From positions 72,230,001-72,294,000 of the forward strand of contig OZ024742.1 in assembly GCA_964016885.1 (NCBI GenBank): a stretch of 64,000 nucleotides of DNA. The letters run 5' to 3'. Below are positions 42,301 through 54,609 of this stretch, piece after piece. Within the stretch, counting starts at the first letter, position 1. The number at the start of each line of letters is the position of its first letter. A program made the position numbers and the translations under genes. The notes under the pieces were generated by a model. It saw only the letters and a list, made by a program, of their open reading frames with translations, did not search any database and had not been told where the DNA came from. The stretch is from Eledone cirrhosa (lineage: Eukaryota).

Positions 42301-42304
<4 letters not shown>
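31558..42304 (-). repeat. Tandem array of 25 monomers of ~428 bp (+~55 bp), each with a type-I hammerhead ribozyme motif; higher-order repeat structure
   Basis: Monomer period 424-430 from recurring ORF-track starts (31627, 32054, 32480, 33335...41886). Flanked on both sides by (TA)n. Confidence 0.97.
31810..31896 (-). ncRNA. Minimal type-I hammerhead ribozyme (first monomer; recurs every ~428 bp)
   Basis: Consensus minus-strand read: GUUCAAC-CAU-CUGGCA-GG-AAGG-UAU-ACGUUG-CUGACGA-U-AGCU-AAUA-AGCU-U-GAAA-CUA-GUA/CAGCGU-U-CCUU-UGUCAG-U-GUUGAAC. Monomer 1 has two helix I substitutions relative to this consensus. Predicted cleavage lies between 31835 and 31834. Confidence 0.85.
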
Positions 42305-42382
<78 letters not shown>

Positions 42383-42404
42383 TGTGTGTGTGTGTGTGTG
42401 TGTG

Positions 42405-42866
42405 TGTAACGAAGAGTATTAGTAAGAAATTGTAAGATGAATAAAATGGTTGTTAGATGAAATAACAAGAATGGTTGAATTACTTTATATATAAAAAAGT
42501 TTACTTCACTTCAGTCAAAAAGAACAATAAACAAGTAACCACGAGTTGCGAAGGTTGCCAATGTTGTATTGTTGTTGGTTCATGATGCTGGTGTAGTCGG
42601 AGACCAAGGGAGAGAGAGAGTAATGGTCTGTAGACCTCTGCGGCCTGTAGTAGGCGGTGATCTTTACATAGCTTGTAATAGCGTACTGCTCCGATCACTG
42701 TGTGTAACCGGGTGAAAATATAGGCTTTATATACCTGTCACTTTCTGTCTCCCTGCCTCGAGGGATCACCAACACATGAACCTGTCCTACACCGAAAAGG
42801 ATGGTGACCTAGAATTTGACTTTTAGCTGTCACCCAAGGTTCAATGCGTGGACAGATTTCGCTACA
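42405..42866 (-). mobile_element. Solo LTR-like element
   Basis: Termini TGTAACGAA...TTCGCTACA, between microsatellites. Homologous (inverted) to 45523-46088. Confidence 0.6.
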
Positions 42867-43009
42867 TATATACACATACACATATATACACACACACGCA
42901 CACAAAAATATATCAACACACACACACATATATCTATAAACACACACTTATATACAGAGCCACTTTACTGTGAAACATTTTTCTTCCCTCCTACAATTAT
43001 TTTGTCACT

Positions 43010-43081
43010 CTCTCTCAAAATATTACCCCTCTCTCACTAAAACATTATACGTTTCTCACACTTTTTACATACCGCTACATG

Positions 43082-43117
<36 letters not shown>

Positions 43118-44585
43118 TAGACCAACATTCTCCCTCTCTCACTAAACCACCAAACTCTCTCTCCCTCTTTATATCCGACTACATACCATTCTCTCTCACT
43201 CTCACAATTCCCCCTCTCTCACTAAACCACAAAACTCTCTCCCTCTCTATATATCCCACTACATACCCCACTCTCTCTCACTCTCACAATTCTCTCATTG
43301 AACCACAACAAATTCTCCCTCTCTCTATACACCACTACATACCTCACTCTATAATTCTCATAATTCCCCCTCTCTCACTAAACCACCAAACTCTCTGCCA
43401 CCCTCTATATCCCACTACATACCTCACTCTCTCACATTTTCCCTCTCACACTAGATGACCAAATTCTCTCTCCTCTCTATATACCAATACATACCTCACT
43501 TTCGTAATTTCCACTCTCTCATTAGCCCACCAAACTCTCTCCTCATATCTCACTACATGCTTCAATCTCTATCGCTTTCACAATTACCTCTCTCTCACTA
43601 TACCACCAAACTCTTTGCTCCTCTCTATATCCCATTACATACCTCAGTTTCTCTCACAATTTCCCCTCTCTCAATAGACGACCAAATTCTAACCCCCCCC
43701 CCCCCCCTCTCTATTCCATTACATACCTCACTCTGTCTCACTCTCAAAATACCCCCTCTCTCACCAGGCCAATAAATTCTCTCCCCCTCTCTATAACCCA
43801 CTACATACAATACTCTCTCTCACAATACCCCTCTCTCCCTAGACCACCAAATTTTCTCACCCTCTCTCACTAGACCAACAAATTATCTACCCTTTTCTAT
43901 ATTCCAATACATACCTCATTTCCTCTCACTCTCACAATACCCTCTCTCTCACTAGACAACCAAATTCTCTTCCCTCTCTATATCCTACTACATATCGCAC
44001 TCTCTCTCAAAATTCCCCCTCTCTCACTAGACCACCAAATTCACTCCCTCTCTATATATCTCACTACATATCTCACTCTCTCTCTCACAATTCTGCCTCT
44101 CTCACTAAAACATCAAACTCCCCCCCCCCCCTCCCCCTTACTCTATACCACTACATACCTCCCTCCATCTTACAATTCCCCGTCTCTCACTAGACTACCA
44201 AATTCTCTCCCCTCTCTCTATTCCGCTGTATAACTCACTCTCTTTCACTCTCTTAATTCCCCCTTCTCTCTAAGCAAACAAATACTCTCCCGCTCTCTAC
44301 ATACCTCACTCTCGCTCACAATTTCTCCTCTCTCATTAGACCACCAAATTCTCTCCCTTTCTCTATAATCCACTACATACTTCACTCTTTCTCACTCTCA
44401 CATAAGGCCAATAAACTCTCTCCCCCTCTCAATAACCCACTACATACCTCACACTCTCTCACTAGAACACCAAATTCTCTCCCCCTCTATATATTCTACT
44501 ACATACCTCACTCTCTTTCACTCTCTTAATTCCCCTCTCTCACTAGAGTAGCAAATTCTCTCACCCTCTCTGTTTCCCACTACAA
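43010..44585. repeat. Degenerate ~70-bp CT-rich minisatellite
   Basis: Recurring unit ctctctcactagaccaccaaattctctccctctctatatcccactacatacctcactctctcacaattccc. Confidence 0.85.
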
Positions 44586-45122
44586 TATTTTTTACTTTGC
44601 ATCAACAAATGTTTTCATCTTCTGTAAAGAACCACAAAGTTCCCCCCCACCCCACCTTTTGAACCCCTGGTGTGTGGGGGAGATCTTTCTTTTTTTGTGT
44701 GGTGTGCTTTTGTTGACAAGAGTGCTTTTCTGTTAGGAGTGTGCTTTTCTTTGACAGGAGCTTAACATATGTGGTGGTGGAGGGTGGTGGTGGTGGTGTA
44801 GAGGGTGGTGGTAGTGTGGTGTTGTTGGTGGTGTTTGTTTATTTTGAATATATTTATCTATCTATATATTACTAAAACTCTGTAATTGTGTGCTTGTCTG
44901 TAATTCAATACAGCCAAAACGGCGCATAATCGGAAAATACGTTGAAATAAAGTTGCCCTTGAAATGGGAATACAAAAGGAATAAAACAAGTTTCGCGTAA
45001 ATCGGAGCACGGGTTCTCAAGATACCGGTTTTTTCCGGGTACCTTAATAAATAGAGAGAGAGAAAGATAGAGAAAGAGATAGTGGGTGTGAGAGAGTAGA
45101 TTGAGAGGGAAAGAGAGAGAGA

Positions 45123-45217
<95 letters not shown>

Positions 45218-45453
45218 GAAAGAGAGAGAGACGGTGGTGATGAATGAAATTATAACAGGTGACGTCAAAGAATCGAATACAGCATTACTGTATCTAGGTA
45301 AAATTTGTTGAGTGAATATTAAGACATATTTATCATATTACTTGGGACAGGATGTGAGTAGCAAATATTTCCTGCTAAATAGGAAGGGTTTCTAAGTTTG
45401 TGTGTATATGTGTGTGTAAAGACTCCAGTTGCATTGTCGATTTCATCTTTTTT

Positions 45454-45493
<40 letters not shown>

Positions 45494-45522
45494 TATATAT
45501 ATATCTTTTTTTCCTATATATA

Positions 45523-46084
45523 TGTTAGCGAAATCTGTCCGCGCCTTGAACTTTGGGTGATACCTAAAGGTTAAATTCTCGGCCAACACCCTTTTGGTGT
45601 AGACAGGTTGATGTGTTGACTATCCCCTCAAGGTGGGTGACAGGAAGTGACAGGTATATAAAGCCTGTGCTATCATCCCACTCAAGGAGAAACACCGGAG
45701 CATTACACCTATAACTAACTATGTAAGGATTTACTGCTATCAATAAACCCCAGTGGTCTACAGCCAGAGACATCGGAGCATTACGCTAGCAACTAACTAT
45801 GTAAGGATTCACTGCTATCAACAGACCCCAGTGGTCTACAGAAATACCCAGAGCAGCCTCACATCAGCAACAATAACAACATTAACAACTCTTGGTAACT
45901 GTTTTATATTGTACCTTTTTAATTGATTCACGTGAAGTAAACCATATATAAACCAAATCACCTATTCTTATTATTCATGTTATTTCCTCTAACAATTTTG
46001 TTATTACATTTAACAATCTTGTTATTATCACATCTAAATAACCACATATATCCATCTAACTTTTAATTCATTTTAACCTTTCGT

Positions 46085-46088
<4 letters not shown>
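45523..46088 (+). mobile_element. Solo LTR-like element in (TA)n
   Basis: Starts TGTTAGCGAA and ends TTCGTTAAA. TATA-like ggtatataaag at ~45653 and AATAAA at ~45742; internal ~79-bp duplication. Confidence 0.6.
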
Positions 46089-46168
<80 letters not shown>

Positions 46169-46171
<3 letters not shown>

Positions 46172-47350
46172 CAAACACACGGAGCATTATAATAAATGTT
46201 CGGTGAATCCATACGTACATATATATATGTGTGCATGTATGTATATATATATATACATACTACTGTACGTCTGTATACATATATGTATGTACGTGTACAT
46301 ACTTATATTTAAGTAACAGCCGTACTAAGAGTGGGAAATGAAATTTCGTTTCATTTTTTCCGTTTATCTTATCGTTTTCGGTGCACCCGGCCGATTAACC
46401 CACTCGATATGCAAATTGGGCTTCTCAGCTGTTAATATGCATAAGGTAAGTATATACGTTCAACAATCTGACAGGAAGGTATACGTTGCTGACGATAGCT
46501 AATAAGCTTGAAACTAGTACAGCGTTCCTTTGTCAGTGTTGAACAAACGAGCAACGATAGTTGCTGGACACTACGGCTTAATAAGGGATGTTTGTTTACA
46601 AACACACCGAGCATTATAATAAATGTTCGGTGAATCTATACGTACATATATATATATGTGTGCATGTATGTATATATATATACATACTACTGTACGTCTG
46701 TATACATATATGTATGTACGTGTACATACTTATTTAGCAGGGTGGTAGAATGATTGAAGGTCGTTAGTTGCCAATGTGGTAAGTAATAGTATCCTTGTTG
46801 AATTATCTTGTCGACATAGACGTGAGGGAAGGTCCCTCGATCTATTTACCATCTTTGTATTTACGATATTCCTTTCGTCAGGTCGCCAATTCCAGCAGCA
46901 TGGATTATAGATGTTATTGAGACACGAGTAACATAATAATGATTTCAACAGCAGAAATTAGAGATGAAATGTATGTTTATTTTTGATGTAGCACAAACAA
47001 TGTTTGTTAACTTATATGGTTGAAGTTACAGATAAAAAGGTTACAAAAGGGAATGTGCCATTGCGCTGGAAAGCCGGCGAGGCTAGGGTGCAATATCTCA
47101 CTGTTACATTATGCGTGTTGCTGGCTCGAAGTTCCTGGTACAAGAGAGAGATTCTTCAAATCTTCGCGGGGAATTTCTTCCTCAGGGCGCGTAGGGATAC
47201 ATCCTCTTCTACTGGCGCTGATTGGCTGAACTGAGCCAAATCACGCACAGAGAATGTATGTGAGCCCGCGGAATGTAGGTCACTACACTTATATTTAAGT
47301 AACAGCCGTACTAAGAGTGGGAAATGAAATTTCGTTTCATTTTTTCCGTT

Positions 47351-47352
<2 letters not shown>
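46169..47352 (+). ncRNA. Dispersed ~1.5-monomer copy of the 428-bp hammerhead repeat in the opposite orientation, interrupted by a solo LTR
   Basis: Intact core on + at 46483-46525 (ACGTTG-CTGACGA-TAGCTAATAAGCTT-GAAA-CTAGTA-CAGCGT). Flanked by (TA)n and (TG)n. Confidence 0.85.
46734..47287. mobile_element. Solo LTR-like insertion with 5-bp TSD CTTAT
   Basis: CTTAT at 46729-46733 and 47288-47292; ends CACTACA and begins T(G)TAGCAG. The monomer sequence rejoins across it. Confidence 0.7.
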
Positions 47353-47412
<60 letters not shown>

Positions 47413-47418
<6 letters not shown>

Positions 47419-48167
47419 TGCATGAATGAATACACGAAGCTTTAGATTTAGTAGAATGTACAACCACTGATTCCAGCTATCTGCACTATCATATATTTTG
47501 GTTTCTTTTAATTCCCTGGGAAATTGGTTGACCAAATGCTTTGCTTAATTGCTTTTCAAAAATAATTTTGAGATAGAGCGCCCGTGATGTTTGCTCTAAT
47601 CTGATTAGAGCAAACATCACGGGCGCTCTATCTCAAAATTATTTTTGAAAAGCATTAGAAATGCGCAACCGGTAAAAACTTAAAACCAAAACTGAATACT
47701 AACCAATACTTATTACTAATTTTTACTTATTCTTAATTAAACTATTTTTCACTGGGAACAATTTGTCAGCATTTTTCTTTTCCTTTTACCAATATATCAC
47801 AACTCGTGTGTTACACCTCTATTCTCTTATATATATATACACACAGTGGTGGACTGGCCAGGTTGCCCAATGACAAGTGGGGCCAGGGGGGGGGGGGGGC
47901 ACGATAGCATTGCAGGAGCCTACACTAGCATTCCAGGGCCCACTGTAATATCTTAGGGACCAATGCTTTGCTTTAAAAAAATACCTGAAGTATAAAAAAG
48001 AATAACATTTTTTTTAAATAAAAAAAACAATTAAGCAAAGCATTTGGTCAACCAATTTCCCAGCGAATTAAAAGAAACCAAAATATACGATAGTGCAGAT
48101 AGGTGGAATCAGTGGTTGTACATTCTACTAAATCTAAAGCTTCGTGTATTCATTCATGCTTGAAAAC
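47413..48167. repeat. Inverted duplication (~138 bp) with an internal perfect ~52-bp-arm hairpin (47549-47654)
   Basis: 47413-47550 is the reverse complement of ~48028-48167. The hairpin is centred on gctctaatc-t-gattagagc. Confidence 0.85.
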
Positions 48168-48226
48168 ATACATATATAGACACACGCACACACACAAGCA
48201 TATATATATATATATATATATATATA

Positions 48227-48261
<35 letters not shown>

Positions 48262-48924
48262 AGTTATATTTAATTTGTTGGGATACAACAAGCAAATATT
48301 TTTATAACTGATATAAAGCACTCAACAAATTTTTGGAGTAAAAATACAATAATTTCGCTTCATCATCTCATAAAATTACATTAATACAACACTCTCTCAC
48401 TTAGGGTTTTCTCTCTTTCTCTTTCTTTAGTTTTTCTTTTGTTTTCCTTCTTTGGGTTTGCTCTTTCTTTCTTTTTCTTTTTCTTTTTCTTTTTCTTTTT
48501 CTTTTTCATTTTCTTTTTTCCCTATTCCAACAGCTTAATTTAAATGTATGGGATTTAAACCTCTCCGACACTAATTTGCATATTAGACCAATAATAAAAT
48601 TAGTAACCCCACTATCCGGGAGCTTCCAACCGACATGGTCGCATTCTTTAAGGGTATGTCAATATTTGTTTATAAAACTGATCTATATTATATTTTATCT
48701 GATGAAAGCACACCATAATTTTCTTTGGTGTCCTTGAAATATGTATAATGAAATAAATATGGTTTTATAAATATAGTTTCCATTTGTTAATATATTGTAT
48801 ATATATATATATATATATATATACTTACACATACATACGAACTACTGACAAAATAATGTTTGGTATCAATGGGTTAAAGACATCTGTCAAATCAATTAGT
48901 GGTGAAGGTGGTGTATATATATAT

Positions 48925-49344
48925 ATACGTGGAAAAATATATAAAGGAGAACAAACCGTTAAAACATGTTTATTTAAAATAGCACCTACGTACGTCTCGC
49001 CCGAATACATGTTTTTTACGAAGAATGGACTGTGATGTGAACTTATCTATAAAACCCATTAGGGGTCATGTAAGAAACGCTTTTTTTCATTTTTTATGCC
49101 TTTGAGAAGCCCAGTCGGGTGAAACGTACGTAGGTGCTATTTTAAATAAACATGTTTTAACGGTTTGTTCTCCTTTATATATTTCTCCACGTGTATCCGC
49201 TCTGCTAATTTTCACGCCCACTAGATATTAACACTTCTAATATTTAACACTGCAGGAACAAGCATTGAGCACCCTTTGCATATGCTATTGGCAAATAACT
49301 ACATGTATCGCCTATCTCTTCTTCTTTCTCTCGATACTTAATTA

Positions 49345-49350
<6 letters not shown>
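48925..49350 (+). mobile_element. Penelope-like terminal fragment with inverted duplication and variant hammerhead
   Basis: 48925-49004 is the inverse of ~49116-49195. TGCCT-TTGAGAA-GCCC-AGTC-GGGT-GAAA-CGTACG-TA-GGTG at 49097-49136; (TA)n flanks. Confidence 0.55.
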
Positions 49351-49381
<31 letters not shown>

Positions 49382-49424
49382 ACCCATGCTAGCGTGGAAA
49401 GTGGACGTTAAACGAGGATGATGA

Positions 49425-49491
<67 letters not shown>

Positions 49492-49499
49492 CATATATA

Positions 49500-52400
49500 G
49501 GGCGGGTAAAATTCCCGAGATCCATGGACGAGTTCTCTCCAGCGGTCTCTGTCCCTCATCATCGCTGACATGTCCGTCCTGCGTCTCCAACAGACCAGTG
49601 TCTGTCCTTAAGGCATCAACATATGTCAACCTCGATCTCCCTCTTCTAGTCTGTCCTTTTAGAGGCTCCCACAAGAGCACTGAGTGCAGTATCAACTCTG
49701 GATGTCGGTGAGCATGTCCAGCTAATCTCAATCTGCTCTGTGTTACTTTCGAGCTGACTTTTGGGAGGCCCCCCATACAGCTCTGAGTTCTTCATCCTCA
49801 GTGTATACTGATTAATGTTCAGAGCCATCCTCAGCATTATCATGTAGCACCCATCCACCATCTGAGTGAGTTTCTTGGTCAGTGTCCAACTCAGACCCGT
49901 ACAACAGCACAGACTCCACTACAGCAACGAAGAGGCGGATCTCCAGGTCTTTACGAAGGTTCGACTTCCACACCAAACTCAAACTGTGGCACGCCGCCCA
50001 GGCTTTGCTCTTCCTCTCAACCACATCATCTTCCGTATTCCCAATCTTTGCTCCCAGATACAGGAAGTCCTCAACCAATTCTAGCAGCTTCCCGCCTGCA
50101 TTCGTAATCTTCTCTGGCTTCTTAATATTCTCTACCAGATACTTCGTCTTAATCTCATTCATTCTCAGCCCCACACTCATCGACACAGTCTCCACCTCCT
50201 ACATCAACTCTTCTGCCTCCTTCACTGCGTTTGTCACCAGAACTATGTCGTCGGCAAATTCAGCATCCGATATTTTTTCGCCTTAACTCTGAGCCAATGT
50301 TACAGTAAAACCAGAGTCCTCGTGTTTCTCCAGCGCAAGGCGCATACAATAGTCCACTGATATGATAAAAAGTAGGGAGCCAATGTATCTCCCTGGAGCC
50401 CTCCAGCTAGTATCTCAAAGAACTCCGTTATCCCATCAGGTGTAATGACTTGGGCTTTGGTGTTGGTGTAGAGCAGTGATATCAAATCCACTATCTTCTT
50501 GGGGATTCCATAAGCCTGTAAGATCTTCATCAGGCAGTGACGGTCCACAGAATCAAAGGCCTTCCTAAAGTCAATGAAAACCATGACAGCAGGGAGTCTC
50601 TTTGCTCTAGCTCCCTCTAATATCCTCCTCAACACCAGGATGTTACTGGTGGTTGATCTTCCCTTTCTGAAGCCGTTCTGGTTGTCTCTGAGCTTCTTTT
50701 CCATCTTGGGCTGGATCCAGTAAAGAATCATCCTGTTGAGTGTCTTTGCCACAAATAACGTCAGTGAGATCCCCCTGTGGCTGCTGGTGTTAGAGAGATC
50801 TCTCTTCTTTGGCACTGGGACGATGTTACTGATCCTCCACTGGTTCGGGGCACTCCATTCTCCAGTGCCTGGTTACAGCACCCCAGGATGATATCATCAA
50901 AATCACACCTCTTCATCACCTCTGATGGCACTCCATCTTCTCCATAAGCCTTGTCCTCCTTGATCTTCTTCTTGCCTCTCTGAAGCTCCTCTCTGATGAA
51001 AGGTCCTGTCTCAATATCCAGTTCCACAAACAGCCGCCTAATCTCCCCACTGTTCTGGGTTGTAGAGGGCGGCACTCCTAGCTGGGTCCGAAAATGGTCC
51101 AGCCATTTCCTCTTCCTATCCTCGGGCCCTGTTCCCTGGATCTGACTCGAACCTCTTCTCTTCCTCCCTGTGATCTCGTTGATGATCATCCAGCTCTCCT
51201 CACACCCAGACCTGTCAACCGCTTTCTCCACACTTCTGATCTTCTCTATCAGCGACTCCTCTCTGGCCTCAGTGTAAGCGGTACAGAGTTCTTCCCTCAA
51301 CACCTCCATATTCTCCTTACTCTCCTCCGTTGGATCAGCATAGAATTGGTCCTTGGCAGCTTTCAGGTGTTCTCTGGCTGCACACACTTTTGGGTATGCA
51401 GAGCTGACGTGCTTCCTCTTCTCTCTCCTCGGCACCAGGGTCTCACTTGCTTCCGTCACTGCATTGGTGAAGTACCCGCACCTCCTCGTAACACTCTCCT
51501 CGGTCCCTCCAATCTCTCTCTCCTCTGCCTCTCCATACAGAACACTGAACCTGTTCCTCACTTCTACTGTGAACCTCTCCTGTAGCTTATCACATTCCTT
51601 GAAAGCTCCCCAGTCATAGATTGCTCTCCGCGGTTGAGCCTTACTCTTTCTTAAGCTCACCCGGACCTCACTCATGAAAATCCGGTGGTCACTACCCAGT
51701 GTACTGAAATAGCTGTATGGTTCTGTGTTCAGAACACTATTCCGCTACTTTTTCCTCACTGGAAGGAAATCAATCTGGCACTTAGACAGGTGAATATCTG
51801 AGATGTAGGTCCACATCTTCCCCGGATTCTTCCTAAACCTTAGGTTGGTTGCCATCAAGTTCGCCTCCAGCAGGGTGTCTCTCGGTAGTCTTCCATTTCG
51901 GTTGATGTTGTTATGAAAGTACCAGCAAGGATCTTCACTGCTCTCCTTACTCAGATGTGCATTGAAGTCCCCCAGAACAAGCAGGATGTTGTGAGCTTGT
52001 GTGGTATTGACATCTCTACATACCCCCTTATGGAACTCCTCCACACTCACATTACTGTCTCCCTCGGTTGGACTATAGGCTGAGATGACTGTCAATTTTG
52101 GGTTTCCATTGAAGGTCACCCTCAACACTCGCGGGAAGACATGTATGACTTCCCTCACCAATAGATTGGTTTTTGTACTGAAATCAAAACCCACTCCTTC
52201 TACTGCAGCATTCGTCGTGTTCCTCACTGCTAATGTGGTGATGAGCTGGCTCCTCTTCCCAATCATCACACTCCTCATGGGCTCATCGTGTAGGATACTG
52301 TGTTCTTGGATCGCAAGTATCTGCATACCACTCTCCTCGAACAGATGACCCAACTCCTCTCTCTTCTCCAGTGTCCGAACAGTCCTCACATTCAGAGTGC

Positions 52401-52796
52401 CCATTTTAATGGCTCTTCTGCAGGACAAAACTGCATTCTTTATATTTGTCTCAGAGACAGCTGATCCATCACCCACTGGCCCTCCCTGTGGCTCTAAGCC
52501 AGCAGAGTCATAACGACCATACTGTTCCTTGACAGTGTAGTTAGGGGCCCTGGCCCTAGTGCTGTTAAATCGACTCTCCATGGTTCTTTTCAGTGGCTGA
52601 TAATACCTTACCGGCACCACTCGAATAAGGTAATTATTTAAGCCTTAAATGGGGCCCTAACAGGTGCTACTACTCCGGGCCAGAGCAGACCAGGGAGTGA
52701 TAACAACTAAGGGGGGGGGGGTAACACCACATTACCCACACCTCCTGAACTCCCTAACTGGAGCCTTGCCGCTGGATGTAGTTTAATGTCATACCC

Positions 52797-52802
<6 letters not shown>
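49500..52802 (-). mobile_element. Near full-length RTE-like LINE (APE + RT), frameshifted
   Basis: MGTLNVRT, LAIQEH, SAYSPT, LGDFNAH, QNGFRKGRST, FIDFRKAFDSV, LQGDTLAPY, FADD, FLYLG, LLYGSE. Confidence 0.9.
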
Positions 52803-52877
<75 letters not shown>

Positions 52878-53290
52878 AGGGCGGATAAAATTCCCGAGAT
52901 CCATGGACGAGTTCTCTCCAGCGGTCTCTGTCCCTCATTATCGCTGCCATGTCCTGCGTCTCCAACAGACCAGTGTCTGTCCTTAGGGCATCAACATACG
53001 TTAACCTTGGTCTTTATCTTCCAGTGTGTCCATGCAGGGGCTCCCACAGGAGCATTGAGTGCAGTGTCAACTCTGGATGTCGGTGAACATGTCCAGCTAA
53101 CCTCAATCTCCTCTGTGTCACTTTTGAGCTGACTTTTGGGAGGCTCCCATACAGCTCTGAGTTTTTCATCGTCAGTGTATACTGATTAGTGTTCAGAGTC
53201 ATCCTCAGCATTCTCGTGTAGCACCCATCCACCATCTGAGTGAGTTTCTTGGTCAGTGTCCAAGTCTCAGATCCGTACAGCAACACAGAC
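52878..53290 (-). mobile_element. Second 3' fragment of the same LINE family
   Basis: Near copy of 49500-49915 (LLYGSETWTLT...RLRLAGHV). Confidence 0.85.
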
Positions 53291-53382
53291 TATATGTAAA
53301 AGGTAAACAGAAATAACAACACAATCGGTACAGTATATGGAAGGTATATATTAGGTTAACGCTTGATATAGCAGGAAGAGGG

Positions 53383-53418
53383 TCTTAACGTTTCGGACGC
53401 TAGTCCTTCATCAGAAGA
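53383..53418 (-). ncRNA. Minimal Penelope-type hammerhead
   Basis: UCUU-CUGAUGA-A-GGAC-UAGC-GUCC-GAAA-CGUU-AAGA, with palindromic AACGUU in place of helix III. Confidence 0.65.
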
Positions 53419-53510
53419 AAGAATGAGAAATAAAATAGATTAAGGGGATGGGCTGGATGGAATTGGAAATGCATATACATATATATATGTATATACACAC
53501 ATACACATAA

Positions 53511-53595
<85 letters not shown>

Positions 53596-53599
<4 letters not shown>

Positions 53600-54163
53600 A
53601 ATTTCGCATTTCTAAAGAAACACGGTTTTAGGAAGCCGTAGCTATGCAAACACCGGGGCTAACGCCCTCGGATGGTGTCAGGCAGAAGCAAGGGGGACAA
53701 CCGTCTATGCATTTCAGGCTTGGCTGGCCTTCTTCAGGACGGTCCCTCCCATCGCTTGCAACTGCTGGACTTGAAAACAGTCGAGAATATATAGTTTTCT
53801 CGTCTGTGTAAATGAGGTGATTAATCTCATTTGTATATGAAGCTGCATAAGTTGGCTCAACTTATAATAGACAAGAAATAAGATTTCGCTTCAAGCATAG
53901 CTTTATACAATATGTATAGAAATTTCGTATTTCTAAAGAAACACAGTTTTGGGAAGCCGTAGCTATGCAAACACCGGGGCTAACGCCCTCTGGTGGTGTC
54001 CAGCAGCAGCAAGGGGGACAACCATCTATGCATTTCAGGCTTGGCGTCCTGAAGAAGACCAGCCAAGGTTATCCCCGGTATTTGCTTCCTAAAACCGTGT
54101 TTCTTTAGAAATACGAAATCTCTATACATATTTGTATCGTTATACAAATGCTTGAAGCGAAAT

Positions 54164-54164
<1 letters not shown>
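53596..54164 (-). ncRNA. Second hammerhead-bearing repeat family: 321-bp monomer (1.4 copies) plus inverted terminal segment
   Basis: Period 321 (53641 vs 53962). Core on - at 53700-53743: ACCGUC-CUGAAGA-AGGC-CAGCCAA-GCCU-GAAA-UGC-AUA/GACGGU. Inverted piece at 54046-54164; (TG)n and (TA)n flanks. Confidence 0.8.
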
Positions 54165-54223
<59 letters not shown>

Positions 54224-54609
54224 GCCAATCACTGTAAGTTTGAATCTAACTAACATAGTAGATTCAAATTAGATTCATAGTAGATTCAAATATCACAGTG
54301 AGAAAGAGAGAAGGAGGGGGGGGGGAGAAATGAGGTGCAACAGAAATAAAACAGATTTCAGATTAAAATATAGTCTAGATATATGAGAAACAAAACGAGG
54401 ATGTAGTTTATGGAACACCCAAATGATTTAGAAGTCGACATTAAGTAGGAGCAATAACATTAAGAAAGATATGAACGACATCGCATCATTTTGTATAGAA
54501 AATAGGTTTATAAGTATGGATTTTCACAAGATTTACGTAGCTGTCTCAGTGGACTAGTAGTAGGTACTAGAGACGGTGGAGATCCTGCATCGACATGGAT
54601 TTAAAAATG

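Noticed and set aside
31558-42304. CRISPR-like array or repeated small protein genes (64-70 aa ORFs)
   Set aside because: There are no unique spacers or cas genes. The ORFs are broken by microsatellite length changes in many monomers and are by-products of the repeat.
44857-45040. Possible Helitron 5' end (TCTATATATTACTAAAAC)
   Set aside because: No matching 3' hairpin/CTAG terminus found.
52560-52802. HDV-like ribozyme expected in some RTE 5' UTRs
   Set aside because: I could not assemble the nested double pseudoknot by eye; it needs a motif search.
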